A DNA stretch of 64,000 nucleotides, from positions 2,148,532 through 2,212,531 of the forward strand of contig OZ199840.1 in NCBI GenBank assembly GCA_964304625.1, read 5' to 3'. A program made the translations under genes and the position numbers. Source of the stretch: Kudoa neothunni. Lineage: Eukaryota; Animalia; Cnidaria. Under the pieces are notes generated by a model that ran no database searches, had not been told where the DNA came from, and saw only the letters and a program-made list of their open reading frames with translations. Below, one piece after another: positions 49,831-63,130 of the stretch; the stretch's first letter is position 1; each line of letters begins with the position of its first letter.

Positions 49831-50855
49831 ATGAGTAATAGGATGTTCCAAATATATAAAATCAAAGCTTTTATTGAGACCAACTCAGAAGCCCACAGCT
49901 ACGATGCATTTGCACAAAAAAAGGGGCGTCATCCGATAAATAATACGATTCTCGAAAACAGAGTGGGAGAAATCGTTGGTCGAGATAACAGCCTAACACA
50001 AGTCGGCATAAAAAAATACTCGCGAGGGAGGATGTAAACCTGTCCAACAATACTGTTTGCTGACTGATAAAATCCGCTGGACTAACGAGAACACGTCTTA
50101 AACTAAAGGCCTCCGTTATTTTGACGGATTCTCACAAAAGAACGGTAGCAGAATATACTTCCAAGATTATAGGTCTGAGGAGAAAGAACATTGTTTTTTT
50201 GGACGAATGCTGATTCAATCTCCACGTATCGAATAATTATGGTTACTCGGAACCCAAAAAAGACGCAATCGACATGGTACGCCCTTTTAGGGACGAAATA
50301 TATCGTTATGCGCTATTTTTTCCATTCGAGAAATAATTGGCCATAAAATTCTGGGTGGTGAATTTGATAGGACCCAATTTCTTGAATTTCTCGAAGAAAT
50401 GATTTTAGAACGAAATATCTCTTCTGAACTTGTTCTTGTCATGGATAACGTTAGGTTTCATTACGTACAAGAGGTAAAAAGTCTGATGAGTACTAACTTA
50501 ATTGAATGCCTATACTTGCCATCGTATTCTCCTCAGCTAAATCCTATTGAGAACGTGTTTTCTGTCTTAAAGGCAAAAGTCTCAAGTTACCGCCCAAAGT
50601 AGAGATGTTTTGGTTGATTACATCTTAAAATCCATGGATGAATTTAACCAAAACAACTCTCAATTTTTTAGAACTTTTTCAGAAAAATATGGAACAATGT
50701 ATATGGAGGGTTGAACAATTAAATAGAACAATATTAGCTATTTTCCCTAATTTCGAGTTTATAAATATAACCAGTATTTTTGCTTGATTTCAAATTATGT
50801 CTAACGCGCTTTTGATTAATTTTGAAGTGTTTCCGATTTATTATGAAATACCCTG
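49830..50855 (+). mobile_element. IS630-Tc1 DD34E element, 5'-truncated pseudogene
   Basis: IVFLDEC*FNL and VMDNVRFHY..YLPSYSPQLNPIENVFS; right end ATGAAATACCCTG|TA. Confidence 0.85.
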
Positions 50856-51300
50856 TAATCGGATGAAGTAAATGTGCAACCATCTGCATTGAATTGAATC
50901 ATTGAAACTTAAACATAACGGACGATTTCAATGAAATCTACAGACACAGTACTTGTGTTATAATGCTTCAATCTATCTGATTATAACGCATATCAACTCA
51001 ATAATAATGCAAATATTGACATTTTTTCATACTTAAGCCCATTAATAGATTCTGTACAATTACATTAAAACTCCAGACATTAGGAGTTTACTCAAACTGA
51101 CACGCCAATCTTACACCTAAAGGGCTAAAGTACGTTTTAATGGATAACCTTTGGCATTTTTCGCTAGCGCGCCAGAAACAAGAAAAACAAAATTAAAAAA
51201 CGATAATAATAAATTCTAATATTGGTAATTTGGTTGATAGTTTCTATATAGGGAGAAAAACGATTTTTAAAAATAATTTTTAAGTTTGTAGACTTCCAAG
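50856..51300 (-). repeat. Helitron family A internal fragment
   Basis: Reverse complement of 57045-57222; same orientation as 2990-3270. Confidence 0.7.
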
Positions 51301-51841
51301 TAAGAACCTACTAATTCAGATTTCTTATTAGCTATACCGTAATGAATCGGTCGTACATAATCCCCTTGGGGATGAGGAATTGTACCTACTACCGGTCCCG
51401 GCCGGAGAGTACGTACTTTTTTGCGCACAAATATATTAAAACACAGAACTAGCTATAACGTAATGATTAATGAAAAGAAATTTTTTTTTGTTTAACAGTA
51501 CGATTTAAAAATTAATAAACATCTGGAATATAATAACACGTTAACTCCCATTTTTTGAGCCATGATATTTAAAATAGTTGCCAAGCCCTTCTAAATAAAA
51601 TAAGGCCATCTCTGAATTGTTGGGGAGGGACTGTCATTGCGCCATTAATATTTCTATGAATTGGAGAGTACATCGTTATAAACCATACTACTACGTATCA
51701 ACAACATGTGTCTATGTTTATCCTTCATTTTTCAACTATCACATTGATGTATTTATAAAACTTATTACCCGTTTAATCGTAATAAAAAAAGAAAGAAAAC
51801 GCTTAATTTAATCACGCGATCAGAGCTAAAAGGTACGTAAC

Positions 51842-53187
51842 CAGGGTTGCCCCACGATTTTTGTAAATCGTACCAAAAACAGAAAAAATAATTCATAGGA
51901 TTTATTTATATATTAAAATGTTAATTCATTATCACTGTCCCCTCATCAAATAGGTTTATTTTTGCCCATCATTTTAGTTAATTAGTCATATGGATTCCAT
52001 CTCATGCGACTTGCGTCTCTCAGTAAACATTCAGTATACAGTAGAGAATTTATTGTTTCATCTTCCAATATAAATCTGTTTTTTAACTTAGTTTTATTTA
52101 CCAAGGAAAATAATCTCTCAGAAGATCCAGGCGAAAGAGGCAAAGCAAGTAGACAGCATTAATTTTGACAGTAATCGATACTTAAATGTTTCTCTTTTTC
52201 TTTCATTTGTAACCACATATCAATATTCCTTTTGGTCTTTTTCAATGGAATGAGCGTTATTGTACTATCTAAGTTCTATATATTCATTATCCAAATTTAA
52301 GTACTCATCTTCCGCAATTATATTTGGAAATCCCTTTAAGAGAGTTGTAATGTAATGGGGTCTTTCTTCATTGACATTTTCAGAATGCATATCTCCAAAT
52401 ATTCGCAAACACATAAATCTTGCGATGTTTAGAAACCTTTGAAATATCTGCATCGTCAGTAATAAATGGAAATCCAGAATTTTGTTAAGAAAGTAAATAT
52501 GATCTCGGGTGTTTATTCCAGTAATATTTTTATTCTAAATTGATTCTACTATTGTCCCATAATAAAACTTATCCGGAAGAATATAATTTAAGAAGTATTT
52601 AAAATTATATCCTTCAGAAGGTGTTATTGTTTGACCAGACTACAAAAAAATCATTAATTTTTGTTTTAATATTATCAAAAGAATTCCTTTGTTTAAGAAC
52701 TCTAAACTCTCAGCTTGTAATTCAACGCTGAGTTTTTTGGTCATGGGTAAGAAAAAAGTTAAAAAAGCATAATGTTTAATTTATGGGTTTAAATTAGGTG
52801 AAAATATTTTAGGTGCGGGTTTAGTCTTGTTTTCTTATTGTCCAACCTTGAGGAACGTTGTGAGAACTGTCCATTCTGCCAATATTTTTTAATAATTTTC
52901 TCAAGAGACAGCCATCTTGTGCAGCAGAGATACAATACTATCTGATGTTCGATGCTGAATAAATATCATAATTCGTTGTTTATTTTGACATTTTGAGCTA
53001 TTTGAGATATATATTAGCGGATACTCTGCGACAAGTCTTCTAATTCATTTTCTCCCCATGTGGCATGTACTTTTAATAATTCTATCTCGAAATTCATTGA
53101 CCTTAAAACGTACCAACTTGCGCCGAAGTCATCCAAAAGTACCAAAACATTTATTAGGGCGAAAATGTACCAACTCAGGCAACCATG
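51842..53187 (-). mobile_element. hAT (Tip100-like) internally deleted element
   Basis: TIRs CAGGGTTGCC / GGCAACCATG and 8-bp TSD TACGTAAC/TGCGTAAC. The minus strand encodes a dimerisation domain, LLALPLSPGSSERLFSLVNKTKLKNR. Confidence 0.85.
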
Positions 53188-53199
53188 TGCGTAACGTAC

Positions 53200-54100
53200 A
53201 ACCGATCCTCACGTGACTTTTTATTTTTCGTTTTTTCTTACTAATTAGGCTTATAAATTATTTAAAGCGAATTATAATAATAACAACATTAAATCATTTT
53301 TAATACGAGAAAACCTTTTAATATGTAAAATAAATAAGGTACCTACGAGTGGTCCATTATTTTATGCCGAAATTTGCGTTTAATTACGCCCCAAATGGCT
53401 TCGATTTTATTAGTATGGACTCCATCTCTAATTTTAAATTGAACGCTGTGGTTTACAGATTCGTGTTTATAACCAAGAGATTCAAGCGAATTATAACCAC
53501 GCCATTTATCTCTCGACATTATGGAACTGCGGACCACAAAAGTGCTACTAATATTTTCAAGAGTTGACTGATCTCTCACTTCAGTAAAAACTTGGAAAAT
53601 GTTATTATTCTCATCAACCCCGCCAACAATCCAGACGTTTTGGTTAAGAAAAATCCTTCCCTGATAGTATTTTCTTTTACAGATGTTGGATTCATCGATC
53701 TGCACAATGACATCCATTCCTCCAATTCAAATCCTGTACAAATTGAAATATTCCACATAGATTTCTCTAATGTAGTTTTTCCAATTAACTATTGTTTCTC
53801 TAGAACCAATTTGTAGCTGCCTCATTAGCATATTATATGACATTGGAGCAGTTTGAAACCTTAGAAAAAGTTCCTCTACGTAGGCTTATTCTTCCCCCGC
53901 ATATATCACATCGGAACCTATAACCATCAGCTACAGTATCTTTTTTCAGGCGCATCACTAAATTGCATTTTTCGCAAGTTTTCTATTTTTGGAGCAATCC
54001 TAAGACTCGCTTACAAGAAATAAATTTTTTCATTTTCTCTTTTGAGAATATAAAAATCTTCTAAATTCTTTAAAGCAATTATTGAAAGTGAAAAATCCCC
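53200..54100 (-). mobile_element. Merlin (IS1595/ISXO2-like) transposase pseudogene
   Basis: ORF 53343-53717: VQIDES..KRKYYQGR..WIVGG..RDQSTL..DKWRGYNSL..HESVNHS..F..GVHTNKIEAIW. TIRs not resolved. Confidence 0.9.
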
Positions 54101-54154
54101 TTCTATAGCGCACAACTAAAATGTTCGAAAAGTGCCGAAGGCTACCCACTAAAC

Positions 54155-56300
54155 CAGGGGTGGGCAAACCTTTTTGGTACGCGGGTCGCACCTACAAAAA
54201 ATAGCTTTTTGTACTGATAAAAGATAGAAAATGTTTTAATCTCATTCTCTATCGATTAAAGGATAACCTTCAGTTCCATGCGCCCATCTTTATATTATTT
54301 TGTTTATAAATTTTGTTGTTATGCATGCTACATTTTTTAAAAAAGCATTACCTACCGACCGACATAATAAAATAAGTTAATGGTTTGACGAAATTACACA
54401 AATTGTAGCAGGTTTTACAACAAAATAATAGGGAGGTGGACGCGCGAATCCAATGGTTAGCCGTTAAGGGTTAAAATAAAATTTAATATTTTCCTAAATA
54501 TTTTTACTTACTACAACCCTAAGTATTACTTACACAGGAAGAAATTTCTAAGTCGTATCAGCTATTAAAATGGCCCTTATTCCAAAAATTTGAAATAATT
54601 CGTCTTCTTAAAAACAACATAAAGTATTCTAATTATAAAATTTTCCATAATAGTTTAATTTAATAAGGAGATTTTTCATTCGCGAGTGAATAAAAACAAA
54701 CATCATAAAAAATATAACACTAAATAAAAAGAACTAATGTGATTTATGGAACAGGCAGTTATCATTAATGATTTTTTCAAAATCAGGTTTTAATGAGCTT
54801 CTACTTATTCTCAAAATCGAGTGATGATTGGAGTCTGTCTTTATCGCACTATTATGAGACTTGTTTATTTTCATTACAGAGAACATTTTCTCACATATGT
54901 ATGTTGATGCAAAAATAACAAACATTCTTTTAACAAACCTCAAATTATGGAACTTATCACTGTTGAGAGCAGAGTATGAGCTAATCAAACTTTTTGTATT
55001 GAAGATTTTTTTAAGGGAAATATCGTCTTGCAAGCCTATTGATTCTAACTGTAGTTCTTCTGGGATGGTTCAATGTCACTGTCGATTAACCTAAAATCGG
55101 AAAATCTTCTGGTTAACTCTTCTTTAACCCTATTAGCTGGGAACTATAATTATCACATAATGTTTTATGGGGATTTTAACCCTTCAATGTTGGAAAATGG
55201 ACAAAGTTTTGATTTTTAAATTGATTGGAAAATAATTGAAATTTTATTTGGAACTTAAATCCTTTCAAATATAACTCGTGAGAAAATAAACCATTTCCTT
55301 GTAATTTTGCATAATAGTCATTCGTCTTTTCCATTATATCTACGGCGAATGCGAAATCACACAACCATGCATGATTTTTGATTTTATCAACAAAATCGCA
55401 ACCAGTGTCCGTTATGTTTAAAAAAGAGGGAATTTTCCGTTTTCAGGGCCTATACTCTACTTAGGACTTTACCTATACTTAACCATCGTACATTAGTGTA
55501 ATAGAGTACATCGGTAAAAATCAGATTCAATGTCCTCTAAAAAGCTCCTAAATTGTCTATGTAGTAGAGTTCTTTATCTTATCACATTAGCAGCACACAT
55601 TACAGGGTCCAAAACATTCTTAAATTTCAATGAAGATGTACACAAGCTTTCTTGCTGTATAATATAATCAAATGACGAAATTTTTTATGATGGAAAATCT
55701 TCGTTGATTTTATCATTCATCAATTTTATTGGCCCAGAGCGTTTTTCCCACGAATGAAGGCGCACCATTAGTAGGGGCATTGGTGAGTTTGTCCAAGTTT
55801 AAAACCAGAATTATTCAAACTATTTATAAAATTATCCGATAAATCTTGTCCAGTTGTATGTAGTATTCTTCAAGGAATTCGGGTGCTAAGAGTTCCTAAG
55901 TAATTTCGAAATTATGATCTATTCCTTTTCCATAAATGAGTAATTGAGCGGTATCGGTAGCATCTGCACTTTCGTCCAAAGCAATAGAATAATACAATAA
56001 TACTCAAAGTCGGCGACTTTTTCGAACAAGATTTCTTGTGCATTTTGAGAAACATTTTCAATTCTTCCTGTGATATATTACAGTCAAATTTGAATGTTTG
56101 GTTTGATAATGGCGTTATAAGTTGTATTCTTTGTACACAACGATTGTATCCCGGAAAATCAAACACAGCTTTATTATTGATGTTGGTAAAAAAAGCACTT
56201 TTCAGTCCACTCGTGATTGAAACTTCGACATTCGTCTTCAATTTTTCTTTTTTTTGATAGATTGAAACTAGCCATCTCAACCAACGTTGTATACTAGAGA
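54155..56300 (-). mobile_element. hAT Buster/SPIN-type (GTF2IRD2-like) transposase pseudogene
   Basis: Terminus CAGGGGTGGGCAAACCTTTTT. Fragments KRKIEDECRSFNHEWT, KEYNLxRHYQTKH, NVRWLSIG, WLCDFAFAVDI, FASTYICEKMFSVMKINKS, ending HKSH. Confidence 0.9.
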
Positions 56301-56682
56301 GTTTCGGCCCAGATTTTTAAAAACAAAGGTTTCAGCATAAGTATAAAAGGAGTAACCGCTTTTTGCAATGTCATCTTTCGGCATATTTTTCACCTTTTTC
56401 TGAGAGCGGTATGTTTTGTTAGTTTACGTCACTTAATAATGGTAAAAAAATTTATCTCCATGTATATAAAATGTGAAATAATTTGAATAAAAAAATGTTC
56501 ATCGATCAGTAGAGCCATGATTACCGGATAAACGAAGTCTCCATTACGATATTAAAAGTTGGTAGAAAATAATTTATAGTGAGCTAATTATCTCACAATG
56601 AATTAACTTCTAAGGACAAATAAGGATAGATTTTTTAATTTTTATGACTGATGTTATGTATTAGATATTTGAGATCATCCTT

Positions 56683-57868
56683 TCTATATATATAAAGTAG
56701 TAGTGTGTGTGTATGCCCTAAATACGCACGTGCGGAGAATTTTTTCCTTATATAGAGCCATATGAAAAATTTTTATAAATTTGTAATATTTAAAAAAATC
56801 GTTTAATTGTTTTCGGACTACTAAAGTTTCCAAAAGGTATTTATGAAATAGTGATGGTCGGTTTAAGTTAACTATCTCCCTTATGTACTCTATCATATGT
56901 TAATTGAACGATACCATCTGTCTTTATGTATAAGATTTGTGCGTTTATTTTATTGGTTGCTCAAATAAATTCCTTATATCGAGAGTTTTAATGTAACTGA
57001 CTTCATAAACACATTTTGAAGGCTCTATTAGTGGATTTATACACGAAAAAATGTCAATATTTGCATTATTATTGATTTGGTTATGCGTATTATAATCAGA
57101 TAGATTGAAGCACTACAACGCAAGTACTGTGTCCGTAGATTTCATTGAAACCGTCCGTTATGTTGAACTTTCAGTGATTCAATTCAGTGCAGGTGGTTGT
57201 ATGGTTACTTCATCCGATTATTTATGTTGGATTGTCTAGGACCGGCTACCGCTCCACTTTCGGAACATATATTAGGAAAATGAAATCTCCAATATGTCAC
57301 CCGCTAGCGCGGCTTCCACATGTATTAACTTTACATTATTATTTTAGTCGCGTGGTAGTTTAGTTTAGTAGAACGTGTTTCTATGGCCGCATTTAATTTA
57401 ACAATTAAAATTATTTGTTAGAAATAGCACATTAGAGTTTTTGCGGACCAAAGGATATTACTTTCTCCATTTTTTTATCTCTTAAAAAGTTAGTGGTACA
57501 CACAGTTATCGAGCGAGGCCAAAATTCGACTTTTAAAAATCCTCCGGGCCAAAAAATAACGTTTTAGATAACACTTTAACGTGATTTAAATAATTCGGGA
57601 GTGAAAAAAATACGATGCTGACCTTAACTTATTTAGCGTTGGTGCCGAGCCACGAAATTTTAAATGAACGCTAGGATTGGAAAACACCTTCAAAGAAATG
57701 AACACAATTTAAACTTCATAATCCAAATCGTTAAAGTATATTGCTTAAAAATTTCTAGTTATTTTGCATCCATGGGTTAATTTTATGCTTAAATATATTT
57801 TTCGAATATTGTTAAGAAATGTATCTATGCGAAATCTTCCCCAAGCAACGCTGGGCAGTTCCCGCTAG
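56683..57868 (+). mobile_element. Non-autonomous Helitron family A, apparently complete (~1.2 kb)
   Basis: 5' end TCTATATATATAAAGTAG; 3' hairpin CCCAAGCAACGCTGGG followed by CCGCTAG|T. Multiple homologous copies occur in the window. Confidence 0.75.
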
Positions 57869-59116
57869 TTTATTATAAATATGATTTTCACTCATCAAAA
57901 TCAAAATTTTTGATCCAAACAACACTGCGAACCGTGAAAAACGATATTTATTTTTTAATGTAATCCACAATAGACTAACGATAATTAATCCAATTAATTA
58001 TTCCATTTGTTTTCGCTTTTGCCTATGGGGGTAACAATATTACTTATAAATTTTTTGCATTTCCTGGATTTTAATATGATTCCTAACAATAATTTAATTG
58101 TTGGTATAAGAGTTGTAACAAAAGTCAACTAATGCGTGATCAACAACACAGCGGTATGGCGCCACCGCTTTTTAAACTATGGCCCATAGGGTTTAACCCC
58201 GTCCGCAACCACTCATTGCATCTGTCTTAAGATAAATTTCATAATGAAATATTATATGCCATTTCGTATCATAGAATATTGATTCACTTGATAGTAACAC
58301 TAATCCTAAATTTTATTACATTACCGAGAAAATGTCTACACACTAACGAATGTATCTGGAGTTTACTGCTTAAATATAAATTCATACTAATTTTTCGTTC
58401 CATTTGATGATGAAAATCAACATTATTGATTTTTTAAGGAGTGTAAAATTTACCTATGTTGTTTTAGTTTAACATTATACCAATAATGTTGCTGACAAAT
58501 AAATTCATGTAAATAACTCCAGAAACAACTATCAGCAATATATTTTCTACGGAATTGTTAAACTAGGTGTATTGATTACAATACATAATATTGAGACAAA
58601 TTGAATAAGCTTAAAACATATTTCATCTGAGGTCAAGAATTATCCCAGTAAGGCACACGCGTTTTGTTCCGGAAGTTGGCACAGGGGAGGTTAAATTCTC
58701 AACAACATCCACTAATAAATTTAGGGTTATGAAGAATAAATCATTAAAATTATTCGTCCAACATAATAAAAATTAATCAATTCGTTAGCACAATAAAAAT
58801 TTCTCCTCTACATTTATGATTTGTGTTGCCTTCGTTCATCAAACGCAAATAACAAACCATGATGAAGTAACTAACCAACATTAGATCATTAATCTAATCT
58901 AATAGGTCGGCTCCTCCCCAAGTGATGCCGCTATCTTAATCGCATATAACAGGGTTAACGACACCGCTGATAATTATCACAATTTGAAGAATAATTTGAG
59001 GTAATACTTTACCCACAATAGTTTAGCGCCTAATAATCTATGCTAATTTTAAGCTAAACACAACATGTGTTTAACTTATTATAAATAGGTAAAATCAAGA
59101 GCTGTTTATTTATTAA

Positions 59117-61471
59117 CCCTCGAAGGAGCGTGCTTAAAACACTTCCGCGTGTAACATGGAGGATACCCCAGGTATCTCAGATGTTTTCTATGATAGCGAT
59201 TGTATTTTCTCTTAATTTTTTACATTTACAAAGGGTGGTATATTTATGACTAATATAAAAAATAATTAACTAATAAGTGAATCAATATAAAATTTCGAGG
59301 GTAATAAGGTAGGATGTGGCACCTAAAAAACACCCTTTTGTGCATCGTTTTTTTGCCGATTCTTCTGCGATTTTTTATATTAAAATAGAAGAATACCGAG
59401 AGGAAATTTACAGCTAATTATGATGGCATCTAATTTTGGCACAAAATCCCGAACCCTACATTGTCGGCACATGTGAAATCATCGTTAAATTTCCAATAAC
59501 CATTAAAAACCCATTTTATTGTTTTAACATTAACTTCTAGGTTTATTAATGTCTTAATAACATTTTTTGGGAATTGATCGTCTCAAAATTATACGCCTCA
59601 GCCGTTTAATTAAGCCTTACGCATCTTATTTTAAATTATTTTCTCTATTTTTTGATGTATGTCGACTATGAATCTATTAAGATAACAATACAATTAATCA
59701 TCACTTATTTTAGTTTATAAATTTTTTTGGCTAATTTATTTGAATTATAAAAAAAGTTATAATCATTTTATCATAAAACTTTTATCATGAAATTTTTATA
59801 GCGGCAATACAATAAATCTTCAATCTTCATTCCATTCGATATCTTTCCAAAAAAATCTTGTTATAATAAATTTTTAAAGAACACTGTTAACGAAAGTTAA
59901 TTATACAAAATAAGAGAAGCAACGTAAATAGGAATTTAGTAATATAGTATTAAATATATGTAACATTCTGCACATTTTTTTTTAGATATATTTGGTGTTC
60001 AATTTTTGCTAATTTTTATAAATATAACGATTATATTTTAAACTTTTCATGTTATAATGTATCAAATTTTTGAAGAAAATCTACTATATAAATAAAGCAA
60101 ACCGGAAATCCGTGCGTGTACGCATTTTTCGTTATTTATAGAGGGACATATCGCTCCATTTGAGCTCACATATGGAAAGAAAAATTTCATTTTAACACAG
60201 AAAATACGTAAAAAATTATAAATGGTTTGATTTGAGGATTTATGCAAACATATAGATCATTTTGTTAAAATTTTAAAAGTTAATTTTAAGCGTACCATAG
60301 TGTTTATTTTGCTTTAAAATTATTAAAAAGTAATTTAATAATTGAAATAGTTCGAATAAGGAAGGTAATATTACGTTATGTAGCCAATAATTAATATGAA
60401 ATTTCTTTGTTGATGTTTAACAAGATTAGTCTTTTTCATATGGTATGGTTTAGAGATTACTGCAAACAACAAGGAGAAAATCGATACTTTAGGAGCTCTA
60501 AATAGGAAATTCAAACGCGCAGTAGTGTTTATTCGTTTTTAAAAATATTAAGTAAGGTTCATGCGCTTAATGAGTTAAATAAATCATCAGTTAATTGGGT
60601 AATCTTTGTAGTATTTATTTAAATACTCTTAATTTTCTTTTAACTTCAAATAACCTTGGTCTACTCAGGGTTTTAATCTACTTGGCGGGGCTTTTGCGCT
60701 AGTTACCTATATTGTTGATAACGTGACTGCTTTTTTTAATTTGACCATTGCGATAATTGAGATGAATTTCACCGATAATAATGAAAATGATGAATAAAAT
60801 AATTTTAGGGGATTATGAAGACTTTGATAATTCGGATTAATCTACAGTCAGTAATGACGGCATATGGTGGTGTTTTTCCATTTAATGGATTTATTATTTA
60901 TAAATGCGTTTGCCTTATACAAAAAACTTGTGAGATAATATGCTATGAGAAAGTTTTTAAAAATATGGAAGTTACTATATCTTTCCATTAATAGAAAGAA
61001 ACATCCTTGAAGTCCAAAATCCTAAGAGCTCAAACTTATCTATTCCGCTATAACTCAGTATATCGAATAAATGAACAGTATTTTGAAGGTTTAAACGTTT
61101 TTTAAGGAAAATTGATGAGAACCCCACTACTGTATGTTTCAGACGTATGAAACTGTTGCCACATTCTTCTGAATGTTCGCGTATCTTATTCCCATCAAAT
61201 GTTCTATTTTATTGCGCAAATGATAGTTAAAATATTTATTACATGATATAAATGTGAAATCTACTCAAACATTAAACTCTAATCGAAAATTGTCATTGCA
61301 GATTTTAACAATACAGTTTTCGTAGGATTATTAGGTTTACTACACGGATATTAGTTGTTTTACAGCTGAATCTAACTATGAGATTACACCTATTTTTATT
61401 TTATTAAATTAAATATTTTTTATGGTTAGAATGGAGTATTAAGAATTTTTAGTACATTAGAGGTTTAAGGG
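59117..61471. mobile_element. Degenerate piggyBac element containing a nested Helitron
   Basis: TTAA|CCCTCGAAGG...AAGGG|TTAA. A plus-strand transposase C-terminal remnant, RHMVVFFHLMDLLFINAFALYKK, lies at ~60858-60930. Confidence 0.6.
60080..60702 (+). mobile_element. Non-autonomous Helitron family B
   Basis: A|TCTACTATATAAATAAAGC...GGCGGGGCTTTTGCGCTAG|T. An inverted copy lies at 24520-25056 and a similar 3' end at ~26865-26890. Confidence 0.7.
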
Positions 61472-62499
61472 TTAATATTAAAATTATTTAAATTCGTAAT
61501 CAGTTTTATTCTATTTTAAAAGGATAATGAAACAACTTTTTAATATCATTCTCGGAATTATTCCTGTATATTAGCAGGAGTTTTCCATAAAGTAATGAAA
61601 CGTATAATCATTAATTTATTTAAAAATTTACATTAACATTTTATCACGGATTTTATATTGTTGTCATGGCTTTTATTCCTATATCGTGATCATACGTGAT
61701 AATTATTTACGGAAAAATAAAATCGACGTACACACCTTAATTTTTACAATAACTTCCTGTAATCTCGTTATGTGGGACATCTAGAATACATTTAACAAAA
61801 AATAAGGAAATATGACGTTTTTTCTTATTGTATAATAAATAATGATTTCTTATTGCTCACGCTACTTTTATTTCAAGTCTAAAATTGAGTCAAAAAAGGT
61901 TAAAAACTATTAATATGAAACAGATGGACAAAAGTTTAATTATATTTATTCACTTTAAAGCAAATATTTTTGCATTTAATTACAAAATGATCACAAATTT
62001 TAACATATAAATAAACCATAGTGTCTTGATTACTATTCCAATAAAATATTATTATTTTCCATGAAATTAAAAATTCAAAATCTTCAACATAGGGTGGCTG
62101 GTAAATAAATTTGTAAATCTTATCTAATATATTTTTAAATAATTCAAGTTCAACGAGTCCATTGTAACTATTAGACTTGAGAACTATCCATAATCTCAAA
62201 TCTCATTATAGATATATTTTGTGTAGACATTTACTCTCTCATTCTGAATGCCCTCATGAATCCAAATTCACGTTGCTGAAATGCATGCTTTTTATAAAGA
62301 TAACCCGATAAGATCTTTCATTGGATACAATAATAAAATGTTTTAGTCATCGTGAATATGATTTTTTTAATAGAGCGTGAGAATTTGAATACACCCGATT
62401 GAAGTAATTATAATGATAAAGATAAAGTTGTATTCTAAATAAGCAAAGAAATAATAATTTTGATTAGGGTCATAATGTCATTAATTTAACGAATGATTT

Positions 62500-63130
62500 G
62501 GAAGATAATGGGGTAACAAGTGACCATTTAAAAATTAAAAACTAGAATGTGATACATTGTTCCAAACCTCACAAAATATAGTTAACATGAAATTTAGGCG
62601 AAACTAATAAAAGTATTATTTAAATGTTGGAAAACTGAGAATTACTTTATCTGAAATTCATCAAGATGTTTACTATGTATATCCATCGGATTTGGAGAAA
62701 TTACATCTTGCATGAGCATAATTTCAGATATCATTCAATTAAATGATAAAACATTTTAATAACTGTCTATTTCAAAAAGAGATATTTTAAAAATATGTCA
62801 AAATGTTTTGTTTTGTACAAGTGCACATGGGATATACGTTTAATTACACCATTTTTCCTATCTTCCAAAAAGTGCGTAATAACCAATTGTGACTTCACAA
62901 TGAGTTCGAAGATAATATATTGGAATAATTTATTTATCACAGTCTTATTGTCACGAAAACTCTATTGATAAATAAATTATTTAACATTGATTTTTTCCTC
63001 CTGTAATATTGTAAATAAATGATTTTGAAATCCATAATAGAAAGCATTGTAGCACTTAAATTAAGGCGAAGAAGAATTTTATTCAATAGAAAACAAAAGT
63101 TTTGGTCATAATCACCACAGGTCTCATTAT
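62500..63130 (+). mobile_element. Possible decayed pogo-like remnant
   Basis: Weak inverted ends (GGGGTAACAAGTGACC / GGTCATAATCACCAC) and a VLFCTSAHG-like peptide at ~62805-62835. Confidence 0.3.

Noticed and set aside
55124-55185. TTAACCCT...TTAACCCT suggesting a mini piggyBac insertion
   Set aside because: The segment encodes part of the SPIN-type transposase (YSSQLIGLKEELTRRFSDF) on the minus strand.
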